The position numbers were made by a program, and so were the translations under genes. From contig OZ241744.1 in the NCBI GenBank assembly GCA_965200965.1, positions 1,408,001 through 1,472,000 on the forward strand: 64,000 nt of DNA, written 5' to 3'. Below are positions 29,052 to 39,151 of this stretch, in pieces. This stretch comes from an uncultured Candidatus Binatia bacterium. GTDB taxonomy: Bacteria; Desulfobacterota; Binatia; Bin18. Position 1 is the first letter of the stretch, and the number at the start of each line of letters is the position of its first letter. A model generated the notes under the pieces. That model was not told where the DNA came from. It saw nothing but the letters and a program-made list of their open reading frames with translations, and made no database searches.

Positions 29052-29825
29052 TTAGTTTCGCGTAAAGACCGGCTTGCGTTTTGCCAGGAAGGCGCGGACG
29101 CCCTCGGCTCTGTCCTGGGTCGTCTGGAGCAGGACGTACAGGTCTTCCTCAAGGCGGGTGCCCTGCTCCAGGCTCAGGTCCAGGGCCTTTAGCACCGCCT
29201 CTTTGCCGAGACGCAGGGCAATGGGGCCTTTCTCCAGCAGACCGGCCAGGACCTCGTCAACCCGGGCCGTAAAACGGTCAGCTGCAATGGCCTCTGTCAC
29301 CAGGCCAATCTGTTGCGCCCGGCTCGCGTCGAGACGCTTGGCGGTCAGAATCAGCTCCAGCGCCCTGGCTTGGCCGATGACGCGGGGCAGACGTTGGCTG
29401 CCGCCGCAGAACGGAATCAGGCCCTCGGTCAGCTGCGGGAGACCAAACTGCGCGCCGGCTTTTGCCAGTCGCAGGTCACACGCCAAGGCCAGTTCCAGCC
29501 CGACCCCCAGGGCGTCGCCGTTCAGCACGGCGATGGCCGGTTTGGTCAGGGCGGCCAGCCGCTCGACACAATACAGCCGACCAAACTGCTGGCGAATGCT
29601 GTGAGCGGTCGCTCCGCTGGGACCCGGCGTATACTCCAGCCCGGCGCAGAACGCCTCACCCTGACCGGTCAGTAACAGAATCTCGACCGCGTCGTCGTTC
29701 TCAACCGCTTCGCACACCGCAGCCAACTCTTGGGCCATAGCCGGGGTGAGGCGGTTGCCGCTGTCAGGCCGATTCAGCCTCAGCCGGGCAAAGCGCCGGT
29801 GGGTGGTGTAGGTGAGGTCTGACAT
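29052..29825 (-). CDS. enoyl-CoA hydratase/isomerase family
   Basis: LNRPD, FCAGL, GLELALACD. Confidence 0.9.
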   Translation of the reverse strand: MSDLTYTTHRRFARLRLNRPDSGNRLTPAMAQELAAVCEAVENDDAVEILLLTGQGEAFCAGLEYTPGPSGATAHSIRQQFGRLYCVERLAALTKPAIAVLNGDALGVGLELALACDLRLAKAGAQFGLPQLTEGLIPFCGGSQRLPRVIGQARALELILTAKRLDASRAQQIGLVTEAIAADRFTARVDEVLAGLLEKGPIALRLGKEAVLKALDLSLEQGTRLEEDLYVLLQTTQDRAEGVRAFLAKRKPVFTRN

Positions 29826-29837
29826 GGCCGGCCAGCC

Positions 29838-31394
29838 TTAATCTCCGTACTCGGCGCGGAGTTCCTTTTTCAGAATCTTGCCCATATGGTTTTTGGGCAG
29901 TTCGTCCATGAAGTGAATGTCTTCGGGTTTCTTAAAGCTCGACAGCCGCTTACGGCAGAATTCTCCCAACTCGTCTTCGGTCACACTCTGGCCCGGACGC
30001 ACCGCGACAAAGGCGGCAATTTTTTGCCCCCACTGCTCGTCCGGCACGCCGATAATGGCCGCTTCGTCAACCGCGGGGTGGGCGTGCAAGACGGCTTCGA
30101 TTTCGGCTGGGGCGATATTCTCGCCGCCCCGGATAATGATGTCGTCCTTGCGACCGACCAGGTAGATATAGCCGTCCCGGTCGAGATAGCCCATGTCTCG
30201 GGTATGCAGCCAACCCTCATCATCAAACAGGGCCGCGGTCGCGCTCTCCTGGCCGGCGTAGCCCTTCATGGCGCGTGGCGTGCGAATCACCACCTCGCCG
30301 ATCTCGTCGGCCGGCAGCGGTCTGTTATCGTCGTCAAGGATGGCGACTTCAACATCGGGCAGCGGCTTCCCAACCGAGGTGAGCCGCTTGAGGTTGCGCT
30401 CGATCTCTTCCTGGCTGCCGTTGAGTTTATGGTCATCCGGGCCGAGTACCGACAGGGTGGAGTTGGTCTCGGTCTGGCCAAAAGCATTCACAAAGCCGGT
30501 GCTATCCGGGAACAACTCAATCGCCTTGCGAATGACCGGAAACGGCATGGGCGCGCCCCCGTAGGACAGGTTTTCCAGGCTTGACAGGTCATAGTTGGAA
30601 AACTCTGGAAGGTCAATAAGCTGTTTCATCATGGTCGGCACGACAAAGGCGTGGGTGACGTGTTCGCCCTGGACCGCGGCCAGCCACTCCTTGGCGTCAA
30701 ACTGGCGCAGAATGACGATCTTGCGGCCAGACCACATCGCGGTCATAATGTTCATCGCACCGGCGATATGGTACAGTGGGGCGCACAACAGCGAGGTGCC
30801 GCGCGGAGTACCATCGGCCATCTCGACCGTGCCGACAACATAGTTGGTAAACCCGCCGTAGGTCAGCATCACCCCCTTGGGCAGCGAGGTGGTGCCGCTG
30901 GTGTACATCAGGATCGACAGGTCTTCTTCGTCCACATCGGCGTCTTCAATATCGGGCGAGCCTCTGGCAATCAGCTCCTCATGGTTGTGCATGTCAGGCT
31001 GGGTGCTCTCCATCGCTACATAGTGCTGAATCATCGAAAACCTGGGCTTCAGCTGCTCAAGCAGCGGTAGATAGCGGTCGCCGATAAACATGACTTTGAC
31101 ATCCGCGGCCGTGACCATATATTCCACTTCGGGCGGTTTGGCCCGGTAGTTGAGGGGCACGAAGGTCGCGCCGAGGGTCGCGGTCGCGTAATACGCCTCA
31201 ATATACTGATTTGAGTTGGTCTGGAGGGCGGCGACGCGGTCGCCGGGGCCAACGTCAAGCGCTTTCAGACTGCTGGCCAGTCGGCGGACACGGTCGAGTG
31301 TTTCGCCATAGCTCTGTCGTTTGCCCTCAAAAACGAGGATTTCCTGATCGGCCAGCATCATACCGGGAAGACTGAGAAAATTCGCAGTGTTCAT
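29838..31394 (-). CDS. acyl-CoA synthetase / AMP-binding (ANL) ligase
   Basis: YTSGTTSLPKG, FGQTE, GRKDD, PKNHMGKI. Confidence 0.95.
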   Translation of the reverse strand: MNTANFLSLPGMMLADQEILVFEGKRQSYGETLDRVRRLASSLKALDVGPGDRVAALQTNSNQYIEAYYATATLGATFVPLNYRAKPPEVEYMVTAADVKVMFIGDRYLPLLEQLKPRFSMIQHYVAMESTQPDMHNHEELIARGSPDIEDADVDEEDLSILMYTSGTTSLPKGVMLTYGGFTNYVVGTVEMADGTPRGTSLLCAPLYHIAGAMNIMTAMWSGRKIVILRQFDAKEWLAAVQGEHVTHAFVVPTMMKQLIDLPEFSNYDLSSLENLSYGGAPMPFPVIRKAIELFPDSTGFVNAFGQTETNSTLSVLGPDDHKLNGSQEEIERNLKRLTSVGKPLPDVEVAILDDDNRPLPADEIGEVVIRTPRAMKGYAGQESATAALFDDEGWLHTRDMGYLDRDGYIYLVGRKDDIIIRGGENIAPAEIEAVLHAHPAVDEAAIIGVPDEQWGQKIAAFVAVRPGQSVTEDELGEFCRKRLSSFKKPEDIHFMDELPKNHMGKILKKELRAEYGD

Positions 31395-31470
31395 AGGCGC
31401 TCCTCTTTGCGTAGTGCGGGTACAGCCGTTTCAGCTATCAGCCTTGAGCCGGGATGACAAGATACGAGGG

Positions 31471-32172
31471 CTACAGGCGGGAAAACAGACGCCATTCCAG
31501 CCCCAGACCCTCGGCCAGGGGCAGGTCAAGGCCCTGCCGAACCGCACGTTTGGCCAGGGCCAGCAGCCGCGGGTCGTGTCGGGCCAGGCTGGTGGCCAGC
31601 GTTTTTGCCGTTGTGAGCAGGACTTCGCGTGGCACGACCTGATTGGTCAGGCCGATCTGAAGCGCCTGCTCGGCGTTCACCCGCTTGCCCGTCAGGACCA
31701 TATCAAGGGCACGGCCAAGACCGATCGCCCGTGGCGCGGTCTGCGTTCCGGCAACGCCGGGAATCATCCCCAGCCCGGTTTCGGGCAAAAAGAACACCGT
31801 ATCGTCAGCGGCAATACACAGGTCGCACAACAGGGCCATTTCCATGCCGCCGCCAACGGTAAAGCCGTGGACCGCGGCAATTGTTGGCTGGGGCAGGCTG
31901 AGCAGCGTACCCCACACATCGCGCCGCCAGCGGATCTCCCGCGCGCCGACCGGCGAGGGGGCCGAGCCGAACTCCGACACATCCCCGCCGGTGGAGAAGG
32001 CCGGGCCCTCACCGCGCAGAATCATAACCCGCACCTCGGGGTCGTCGCCGACCGCGTGGAGCGTCTCGTACAGACCGTCACGCATCTCCACATTGTAGGC
32101 GTTGAACACCTTGGGGCGGTTGAGTGACACAATGGCCAGACTGTTTTCTTTATGGTAGATGACCGCCGCCAT
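31471..32172 (-). CDS. enoyl-CoA hydratase/isomerase family
   Basis: LNRPK, FSTGGD, GGGMEM, PETGLG. Confidence 0.9.
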   Translation of the reverse strand: MAAVIYHKENSLAIVSLNRPKVFNAYNVEMRDGLYETLHAVGDDPEVRVMILRGEGPAFSTGGDVSEFGSAPSPVGAREIRWRRDVWGTLLSLPQPTIAAVHGFTVGGGMEMALLCDLCIAADDTVFFLPETGLGMIPGVAGTQTAPRAIGLGRALDMVLTGKRVNAEQALQIGLTNQVVPREVLLTTAKTLATSLARHDPRLLALAKRAVRQGLDLPLAEGLGLEWRLFSRL

Positions 32173-32193
32173 GCTTTGTCACTAGCGGGTCAG

Positions 32194-32221
32194 GGGTGCT
32201 GGGTAAAGGGTGCTGGGTAAA
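32194..32221. repeat. 14-bp tandem duplication
   Basis: gggtgctgggtaaa x2. Confidence 0.8.
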
Positions 32222-32269
32222 AAGACGGGGGAGCGACTGAGGGTGCTGTCGCTGTAGAGGGACGGCCGA

Positions 32270-33211
32270 TCAACGCGCTCCTTCGCTCTGATCAAGGTCC
32301 AAGTACCGCTGTTCGAACTGCGAGAGTACTCCCCTTTCTCCCATCAGTGGCTTCCAGGCCCTTACCACATCGGCCAGGGTAAACGCTGAGAATGTTGCAT
32401 CGTTGCGCAAGAGCTCGCGGTATCCCCTGATTACGCGGCTGCAATCATGATCTTCAGGGTGATATACGACCGCCAAGCGACCTTCTTTGTACTTTGATTT
32501 GGGATGTCGCAGCAAAGACCACGCGAGCAGATGGTCGCGCCAGAGTTGGTTGTGCTTCTTTTCATCAATATCATTGCTGGCATTTTCTCCCCCCCAAGGG
32601 GAGTTCGGCATCTTCCACCACCTTCGATACTCCGGCTTGTCCTTCCTGTAGTATTTCTGCGAGAATGGCTCGGTCAGCTTGGTCTCGATCCCGACAAACC
32701 CCGCCTGCGCGTCAGCCGTTTCGTACCCAATGAACGCATCGAACGCCGTGCGGTCGTCCAGATACTCAGCACGGGGTTGTGGAGCCCACTCAAAGCACAC
32801 GCCTGTCACTCGCACGATGTGAGCTCCCCACAGTGCGCGCGCCAGCCTGGTGGCCAACGGCAGGTCGAGTGCGAGTTCACCGAACAGGTTGAAACACATT
32901 GGCTGACTCGACAGCATGTTTCTCTGGAGCCGAAATGGCTCCACCGTCCCAGAGCTTTCGGCAAGCCGTTGCTTAACTAACCCAAAGATGTTGTGTGTCA
33001 GGAAGTTAAGTCCAGCATCTGCCGACTCCTTGGTCAACATGTTCCCATAATAAGCAGTATCCGAAGGTCGGGGACCGGTTCCGTACGGCACCTTGAGCAC
33101 CTCATCCCTGTACCAACTCTGATGCAGCCTCATCCGCTTTGTGAAGGGCTTATCGCCCGTATATTGCGGGCCGAGGCCACGCCTTCCGCCGTTCGGCCTT
33201 TCATCAGCCAT
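32270..33211 (-). CDS. PGN_0703-like PD-(D/E)xK putative restriction endonuclease
   Basis: LSSQPMCFNLF, DRTAFDAFI, GIETKLTEPF, NQLWRDHLL. Confidence 0.75.
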   Translation of the reverse strand: MADERPNGGRRGLGPQYTGDKPFTKRMRLHQSWYRDEVLKVPYGTGPRPSDTAYYGNMLTKESADAGLNFLTHNIFGLVKQRLAESSGTVEPFRLQRNMLSSQPMCFNLFGELALDLPLATRLARALWGAHIVRVTGVCFEWAPQPRAEYLDDRTAFDAFIGYETADAQAGFVGIETKLTEPFSQKYYRKDKPEYRRWWKMPNSPWGGENASNDIDEKKHNQLWRDHLLAWSLLRHPKSKYKEGRLAVVYHPEDHDCSRVIRGYRELLRNDATFSAFTLADVVRAWKPLMGERGVLSQFEQRYLDLDQSEGAR

Positions 33212-33251
33212 ATGGTTTCCCCTTACCTAATGCCGGGACAGGCAATCGTGT

Positions 33252-34820
33252 CTAGGCGGCCCCTCTGTTCCAGGTTCTGTGCCACACGATTTTGCCGCCG
33301 ACGATCGTGGTGGTTGCCGACAGCGAACCGATGGCCTGGGCTGGGACCGCACTCATATCATCGTCAAGGAGCACCAGGTCCGCCAGCATTCCCGGCGCGA
33401 TCTTGCCCTTCGTGTCTTCTTCAAAGCCTACCCAGGCGGCCGCGCTGGTGAAAAGCCCCAGCGCCTGGGCCAGGCTCACCCGCTCCACCGCATTCACCGC
33501 CCGGCCGGTCTGAGACTGTCTGGTGCGGGCCGCGGCGATGCTGGCCAGCGGGGCCAGTGGTCCAACCGGACAGTCTGAGCTGCCCGCCACCGGGATACGG
33601 CGGTTGAGCAGGCTTCTCGTCCGGTACAGCCAGGGGTGGATTTCGGGCGCAACCTCAGCCGTGTATTTGTCTCCGTACCAGTACACAAATCCGGGCTGGG
33701 TGACGACCGCGCAGCCGCTTCTTTTCAGTTGATCCAGAAACGGCGGTGGACACAGCGCGCAGTGTTCGATCCGGTGGCGGTGGTCTGGGCGCGGCAGCCC
33801 TTGCTGGGCGTGTTCCAGCGCATCAAGAGCCAGGCCGATGGTGGCTTCTTCGACGGCGTGGAAGGCCAGCTGGAAGCCGTGTTGATGGGCACGCCAGACC
33901 ATGCGCCTGAGTTCCTGCGGCTGTGGATAGAGCATGCCCCGGCTCTCGTGCAACATGATTTTGATACTGCCCAAGCGGACCTGCTCGTCCCCGCTAAAAG
34001 GTCCGAGCCGGGCTTCGAGGAGCTGGTCCAGGGCTGCACTACCGAGCATGACAGTGGCCCGCGAAGTCAGTAGCCCGTCTGCCCTCAACTGCTGAAAGAC
34101 CGCCAGATCGTCAAGGGTATTGCCGGCGCTGGCGTCGTGGAATGAGGTCACGCCCAGGCGCAGCAAGTCTTGTCCGGCCCGTTGCAGGCCAGCCCGAAAT
34201 TCGGCCGCGGGCAGGCCAGGAATAACGGTCCGCAAAAAGGGCTCAAGTTCGTACACTACACCTGTTGGCCGGCCGCTGGGGTCGCGTTCGGCGTGGCCGC
34301 CGTCACGGTTGGCAAAGGACGGGCCGATGCCGGCGCGTTGCAGGCCGGCGGTGTTGAGCACCGCGGCATGGCCGGAGCGGTGGCGGACCACAACCGGCCT
34401 GTCACGACACACTGCGTCAAGGTCATCTCGGGTCGGATGGCGTTTTTCGCTCAGCAGGAAGTCCTCGTAGCCATAGCCGCGCAGCCATTCTCCGGGCTGG
34501 AGCCGGGGCAGACTACGCGCCAGGGTGTGGCGTAGCTCGGCCATTGATCCGGCACCGCTGAGATCCGCGCCACACAGTCGGCTGGCCCAAGAAAAGAGGT
34601 GGAGATGCGGATCAATGAAGCCGGGCAGAACGGTGTGACCGTGGCAGTCCAGCAGATGGGTGTGGCACGCAATATACGGCCGGAGGTCGGCCGTTCTGCC
34701 AACCGCCACGATCCGCTCGCCGGCTATGGCCACGGCTTCGGCGGTCGGGCGGTTCGGGTCCTGGGTGAGAACCCTGCCGCTATGCACCACAAGGTCGGCC
34801 GGGCAGACGGGCAGCGACAT
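33252..34820 (-). CDS. amidohydrolase_3 (YtcJ-like)
   Basis: PGFIDPHLH, FHAVE, RIEH, GSSDCPV, GMLADL. Confidence 0.9.
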   Translation of the reverse strand: MSLPVCPADLVVHSGRVLTQDPNRPTAEAVAIAGERIVAVGRTADLRPYIACHTHLLDCHGHTVLPGFIDPHLHLFSWASRLCGADLSGAGSMAELRHTLARSLPRLQPGEWLRGYGYEDFLLSEKRHPTRDDLDAVCRDRPVVVRHRSGHAAVLNTAGLQRAGIGPSFANRDGGHAERDPSGRPTGVVYELEPFLRTVIPGLPAAEFRAGLQRAGQDLLRLGVTSFHDASAGNTLDDLAVFQQLRADGLLTSRATVMLGSAALDQLLEARLGPFSGDEQVRLGSIKIMLHESRGMLYPQPQELRRMVWRAHQHGFQLAFHAVEEATIGLALDALEHAQQGLPRPDHRHRIEHCALCPPPFLDQLKRSGCAVVTQPGFVYWYGDKYTAEVAPEIHPWLYRTRSLLNRRIPVAGSSDCPVGPLAPLASIAAARTRQSQTGRAVNAVERVSLAQALGLFTSAAAWVGFEEDTKGKIAPGMLADLVLLDDDMSAVPAQAIGSLSATTTIVGGKIVWHRTWNRGAA

Positions 34821-34888
34821 GGCGTTTGACAGCAAAAAGGTCGATGCGTGGCATCGACCTGTGAGCCGAAATGAAGCGCCGGGTGCGC

Positions 34889-35029
34889 TTAGTCGGACGA
34901 CGGCAGGGGTTTTGCCTCTTTGAGCGGCATATCTGCATCACAGCAGTTCAGCGTGCCGTCGCCGGGTTTGTTGCACAGAACCTCAGTCCCACAGGTTCCA
35001 CACATATAGCGTTTTCCCAACTGAGCCAT
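34889..35029 (-). CDS. desulforedoxin-like microprotein (46 aa) with KPLPSSD tail
   Basis: MAQLGKRYMCGTCGTEVLCNKPGDGTLNCCDADMPLKEAKPLPSSD; AGGAGG RBS; below the ORF-track cutoff. Confidence 0.85.
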   Translation of the reverse strand: MAQLGKRYMCGTCGTEVLCNKPGDGTLNCCDADMPLKEAKPLPSSD

Positions 35030-35059
35030 GCTACCCTCCTTGCATATGTGATCGTCCCC

Positions 35060-36130
35060 TCACTCCCAGGGGAATGGAAGGACAGTCACCTCTGCTATCA
35101 TGGGTGTTCCGTTGGTGTCAATCCGCAGCTGGGTGCCCGGCTCGAGATGCTCACGGCGGACATAGCCGAGGGCGATGGGACGACCCAAACAGGGAGAGAT
35201 GACGGCGCTGGTGATCCAGCCGACCTCCCTGGTATCGTGGAACAGCTTGTCCCCGCTCTGGGGCGGAACCGCCCCCCGCACCAGCAGGCCGCTGAGTTTG
35301 CGATTCACCCGTCCACGCGCCGAGGCGCGTTCGACCACCTCCTGGCCCAGATAGCAGCCCTTGTTGAAGCTGATCGTGTGCTCAAGGCCGACTTCCAGCA
35401 CGATGCGGTCTTCGTCCATGTCAAGGCCGTACCACGGAATCCCGGCCTCAATTCGCAGTATATTGAGCGCGTGTAAACCGACCGGGCACGCCCCGAGCGG
35501 CTGGCCGGCCCTGACGAGGGCCTGCCACACCGCCTCGGCCCGCGGCCGGGGAAGCAGGAGTTCGTAGCCGTTCAGGCCGGTCTCGGGCACACGAACGATG
35601 CGGACGGGCGTTTCGGCCAGCCGGACTTCCGTGTGCTGGCCGGCGTCGGTCAGGCTGAGTGAGACGCCGGCCGCGGTGAGCAGACCTGGGGCCAGCGGTC
35701 CCAGGACGGCAAGCGTGGCTTGGCCCAGAGCCTCCAACTCCACGTCATCGGCGATGATGAAGCGCTCGAGCGCGGCGACCGTCTTGTCTTTGATCCGGGC
35801 GTCAAGGTCGAGCAGGAAGCGGTCTTTGAGCGCATACACCCGCAGGTCGGCCACAATCCGGCCGTGCTCTGTCAACAGGGTTGCCGGACAGCCCTGGCCG
35901 GGCTGCAAGGAGCCGACATCGTTCGACACCATGCCTTGCAAAAACGAGACGCGGTCTTCTCCGCTCATAGCGAGCTGGACCCGGAAGGACAGGTCGATAA
36001 TCCCGGCCGTGTGGTGGACAGCCCGGTATTCTTGCTCAACATTGGTAAAGCGCTCGGGCAGGCGAATGCCCCGGTCGTCAATCAAGGCGGCTCCGTGGGC
36101 AGTGTGCCAAGCCGTCAGCGGGGACTGCAT
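35060..36130 (-). CDS. YgfZ/GcvT folate-binding protein
   Basis: KGCYLGQE signature, RIEAG. Confidence 0.9.
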   Translation of the reverse strand: MQSPLTAWHTAHGAALIDDRGIRLPERFTNVEQEYRAVHHTAGIIDLSFRVQLAMSGEDRVSFLQGMVSNDVGSLQPGQGCPATLLTEHGRIVADLRVYALKDRFLLDLDARIKDKTVAALERFIIADDVELEALGQATLAVLGPLAPGLLTAAGVSLSLTDAGQHTEVRLAETPVRIVRVPETGLNGYELLLPRPRAEAVWQALVRAGQPLGACPVGLHALNILRIEAGIPWYGLDMDEDRIVLEVGLEHTISFNKGCYLGQEVVERASARGRVNRKLSGLLVRGAVPPQSGDKLFHDTREVGWITSAVISPCLGRPIALGYVRREHLEPGTQLRIDTNGTPMIAEVTVLPFPWE

Positions 36131-36141
36131 GTGACACCTCC

Positions 36142-37230
36142 TCAGGCCGGAGCGGCGTTCAGGCGGCGCAACTCCCGCACCGCCCGAATGCGTTCCTGGG
36201 CCAGGGTGACGGCCAACCGATGGGCGGGGATGCGGCGTTGCTTGGCCTCGGTAAACAAGGTTTTGAGCGTGGTATAGATGGTTTCGGTTTTAGCCTGGGC
36301 CCGCTCACGCCGGTAGCCGCCGGGGCCGAGTTCGTCGGCAACGTTGATGAGGCCGCCGGCGTTGATGGCGAAATCGGGTGCGTACAGAATGCCCCGGTCG
36401 AACAGGGCGTCGCCGTCCTCGTCGCTCAGCAGTTGGTTGTTGGCCCCGCCGCCAATGATCCGGCAGCGCAGGTGGGGAATGGTCTGGCTGTGAAACAGGC
36501 CGCCGGTGGCGCACGGGGCCAGGATGTCGCACTCCTGGCTGTAGATGTCCTGGGGGCTGACCACCCGGGCCTGGAAGTCGGCCTCGGCCTGCTGGACGCG
36601 GCTGGCGTCCACATCGGCCACAATGAGCCGCGCTCCGGCTTGGTGCAGGTGGCGGGCCAGGGGATAGCCGACCTTGCCCAGACCGGGCAGGGCCACGGTC
36701 TTGCTCCCGAAGTCGTCCGTGCCGTCCAGCTCTTCGAGACACGCCCGCTGGCCGCAGAAGATGCCCCAGGCCGTCATCTCTGAGGGGTCGCCGCCACCGC
36801 CACAGACCTCTTCCCGGCCAACGCCAAAGCGGCTCTCTTTGCGCACCCGTTCAATATCCGCGGTTGAGGTGCCCATGTCTTCGGTCGGGATGTAGTGGCC
36901 GGCCAGCGATTCAATCGCCCGGCCCAGGGCGCGGAACAGCATCTCTCGCTGCGGCTCGGTGACGGGACGCTCGGCAATCACTACCGCCTTGCCGCCGCCG
37001 TAGTCCAACCCGGCCAGCGCGGCCTTGTAGGTCATGGCTTGGGCCAGCCGCAGGGCGTCGGTAACGGCCTCGGCCTCAGTCGCATAGGCCCGCCGGCGCA
37101 TCCCGCCCAGGGCCGGCCCCAGGGTCGTGTCGTGGATGGCGACGATCGCTTTCAGCCCGACCGAGCGGTCGGCGCAAAAGACCACCTGTTCGTAGTCTTC
37201 GGCGTGCATGGTGTCAAACAGCGCAGTCAT
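36142..37230 (-). CDS. Glu/Leu/Phe/Val dehydrogenase (leucine dehydrogenase-like)
   Basis: HDTTLGPALGG, GGGKAV, EDMGT, GANNQ, NAGG. Confidence 0.9.
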   Translation of the reverse strand: MTALFDTMHAEDYEQVVFCADRSVGLKAIVAIHDTTLGPALGGMRRRAYATEAEAVTDALRLAQAMTYKAALAGLDYGGGKAVVIAERPVTEPQREMLFRALGRAIESLAGHYIPTEDMGTSTADIERVRKESRFGVGREEVCGGGGDPSEMTAWGIFCGQRACLEELDGTDDFGSKTVALPGLGKVGYPLARHLHQAGARLIVADVDASRVQQAEADFQARVVSPQDIYSQECDILAPCATGGLFHSQTIPHLRCRIIGGGANNQLLSDEDGDALFDRGILYAPDFAINAGGLINVADELGPGGYRRERAQAKTETIYTTLKTLFTEAKQRRIPAHRLAVTLAQERIRAVRELRRLNAAPA

Positions 37231-37246
37231 GGCCGTTTTCCCCGGT

Positions 37247-37552
37247 TCAGACCTCAACCAGAATGTCGTCGCCGTCAAGTTTGACCGCGTAGGTGTCTTG
37301 TTTCACGTCCGGGTCGTCAAGGTTCTCGCCGGTCGTCACATTGTATTCCCAGCCGTGCCAGGGGCAGATCACGGTCGTGCCGTCAAGGTCGCCCTCGTCC
37401 AGCGGGCCGCCCTGGTGGGGGCAGATATTGTCAATGGCGTAATACTTGCCCTCAACCTGGAAGATGGCGATCTGCTTGTCTTCGACCTCAACGCACTTCC
37501 CCCCGCCGTCCGGGATGTCACTCTTGTGGGCGACTTTGATGAAATCTCCCAT
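37247..37552 (-). CDS. Rieske (2Fe-2S) ferredoxin
   Basis: CPHQGGPL...CPWHG. Confidence 0.9.
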   Translation of the reverse strand: MGDFIKVAHKSDIPDGGGKCVEVEDKQIAIFQVEGKYYAIDNICPHQGGPLDEGDLDGTTVICPWHGWEYNVTTGENLDDPDVKQDTYAVKLDGDDILVEV

Positions 37553-37639
37553 GCCTTGTCCTCCTCCCATGCAAAAAAGCCCCTCTGTCAGCGCGGGCAG
37601 AGACAGAGAGGCCGGAGAATCTCAGGGGGCAGACGGCTC

Positions 37640-38146
37640 CTAGCCGCCGTAGAAGACCTTGTCACCCAGGTCGGCCATAATCAGCGTGGCGGCGTCGGCC
37701 CGGCCCTCGGGCTGTCGCTGGACAACCGCGTCAACCACCTTGCCGATAAAGACCGAGTGGTCGCCATTCTCAACCGTCTGCTCCAACGAGCACTCGACAT
37801 AGGCCGGGACGCTCTCCAGCACGGGCGAGCCGGTACTGCCGGCTTTGTAGGCTTCGCCGTTAATCGTATTGCCGTCCTTCTCAACCGGTTTGAAAAAGGC
37901 AAAAGCCGGGCCTTGTTGTCCCTTGCCCAGGATGTTCAGGGCAAAACAGCCGGCTTTTTTCACCATCTCGTGTGCGCTTGAGTCGCCCTTTACGCCGACC
38001 ACCACCAGCGGCGGGTCAAAGGCGGTTTGCGTCACCCAGTTGACGGTTGCCGCGGCAATCTCGCCGTCTTTTTCAGCGGTCAGGACATACAGGCCATACG
38101 GAATCATGCGTAAGGCGGTCTTTTTGGCGTCTGCATCCATGCTCAT
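37640..38146 (-). CDS. flavin reductase family protein
   Basis: IPYGLYVLT, WVTQ..PPL, GDHSVFIG. Confidence 0.9.
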   Translation of the reverse strand: MSMDADAKKTALRMIPYGLYVLTAEKDGEIAAATVNWVTQTAFDPPLVVVGVKGDSSAHEMVKKAGCFALNILGKGQQGPAFAFFKPVEKDGNTINGEAYKAGSTGSPVLESVPAYVECSLEQTVENGDHSVFIGKVVDAVVQRQPEGRADAATLIMADLGDKVFYGG

Positions 38147-39151
38147 TCTCCCTCGTGCAGTGTATTGTCGGGCCTTGTATCCGGCCTGTCCGTGGCGCGC
38201 AAGCCCTCGGCCTGTTGCGTCCGTGGGAGCTGAAAGATTTCGAGGCGTCCCGCGCAGCCGGCGCTGTCCTCCCATTTCGCTTCGCAGGTATCTGTTCCGA
38301 GGCTGCCGGTAAAGATTCCCCATTGGTTGTCGTCGTTGTCGTCTATGAGCCATTGCCCGACATACAGCCCGTTGTGAGCACAGACCTCGCCAGAAACCCT
38401 GAAACTTCCAAATGGAGGGGTGCGAGTAGAGCCGCGTATCCTCCCATCCTCTATTTCCACGCGCATAACCCCTCTGGCCGCTGTACACATCACGTCATCA
38501 GGGGGCCGGTTGCTGGGAGGAGGATAGAAGCGAATATACCAGTATCCATCAAAGTCTCCTCTCTGCGCTCTTGGGCATGGCAGCGGCGGTGGCCGGAGAA
38601 CCGGCTGTCGTGCCACGGTATCGGGCACCCCCGGTTCCGCTAAAGCCTGGTGACAGGCACCAGCCTCTAATATCATCACTTGCGACGGTCTCCAGATGTT
38701 GAGTGCTGGTATTCCACTCAAACCATGTGATCTCGCCGGGGGAGGGGAAATCCGGTATCTGGGCCCGGGCCGCTCTTCCACTATCCTGTGTCAGAAACTC
38801 CTCTCCGGTAGTCGCTACCGTAAATGTGCTTCTGTCGAACTCCACGCCGTTATCGTAGGCGACTGCGGTGTGCCACCCATCGCCGAGGATGGCCCAGTTC
38901 CAGTAGGTGACAAAGCCGTTGTACCCGTCATCACGACATACCGGGATGGTATCTGCACGGGGCAACCCGTACTGAGTGGGCAGCGGTTCTCCTCCGTCAA
39001 GTCTGACCGTAACTGTGCCGGCCCTGCACTTCCAGCCGGAGATGACCCCGATGCCCGACAGTTTGTCACCGTTGCCGGGAATCTCAAGATTCGCTGCGTA
39101 AGCCAGCGACGGGGCCAGGGCAAGCAGCCCGAGCCACAGCAGAAAAGACAT
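38143..39151 (-). pseudogene. secreted hypothetical protein split by a frameshift
   Basis: signal peptide plus LEIPGNG..SGIGVISGWKC N-domain (frame ends 38549); C-domain in a second frame ending 38143 with ATGA overlap on the next gene. Confidence 0.55.
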
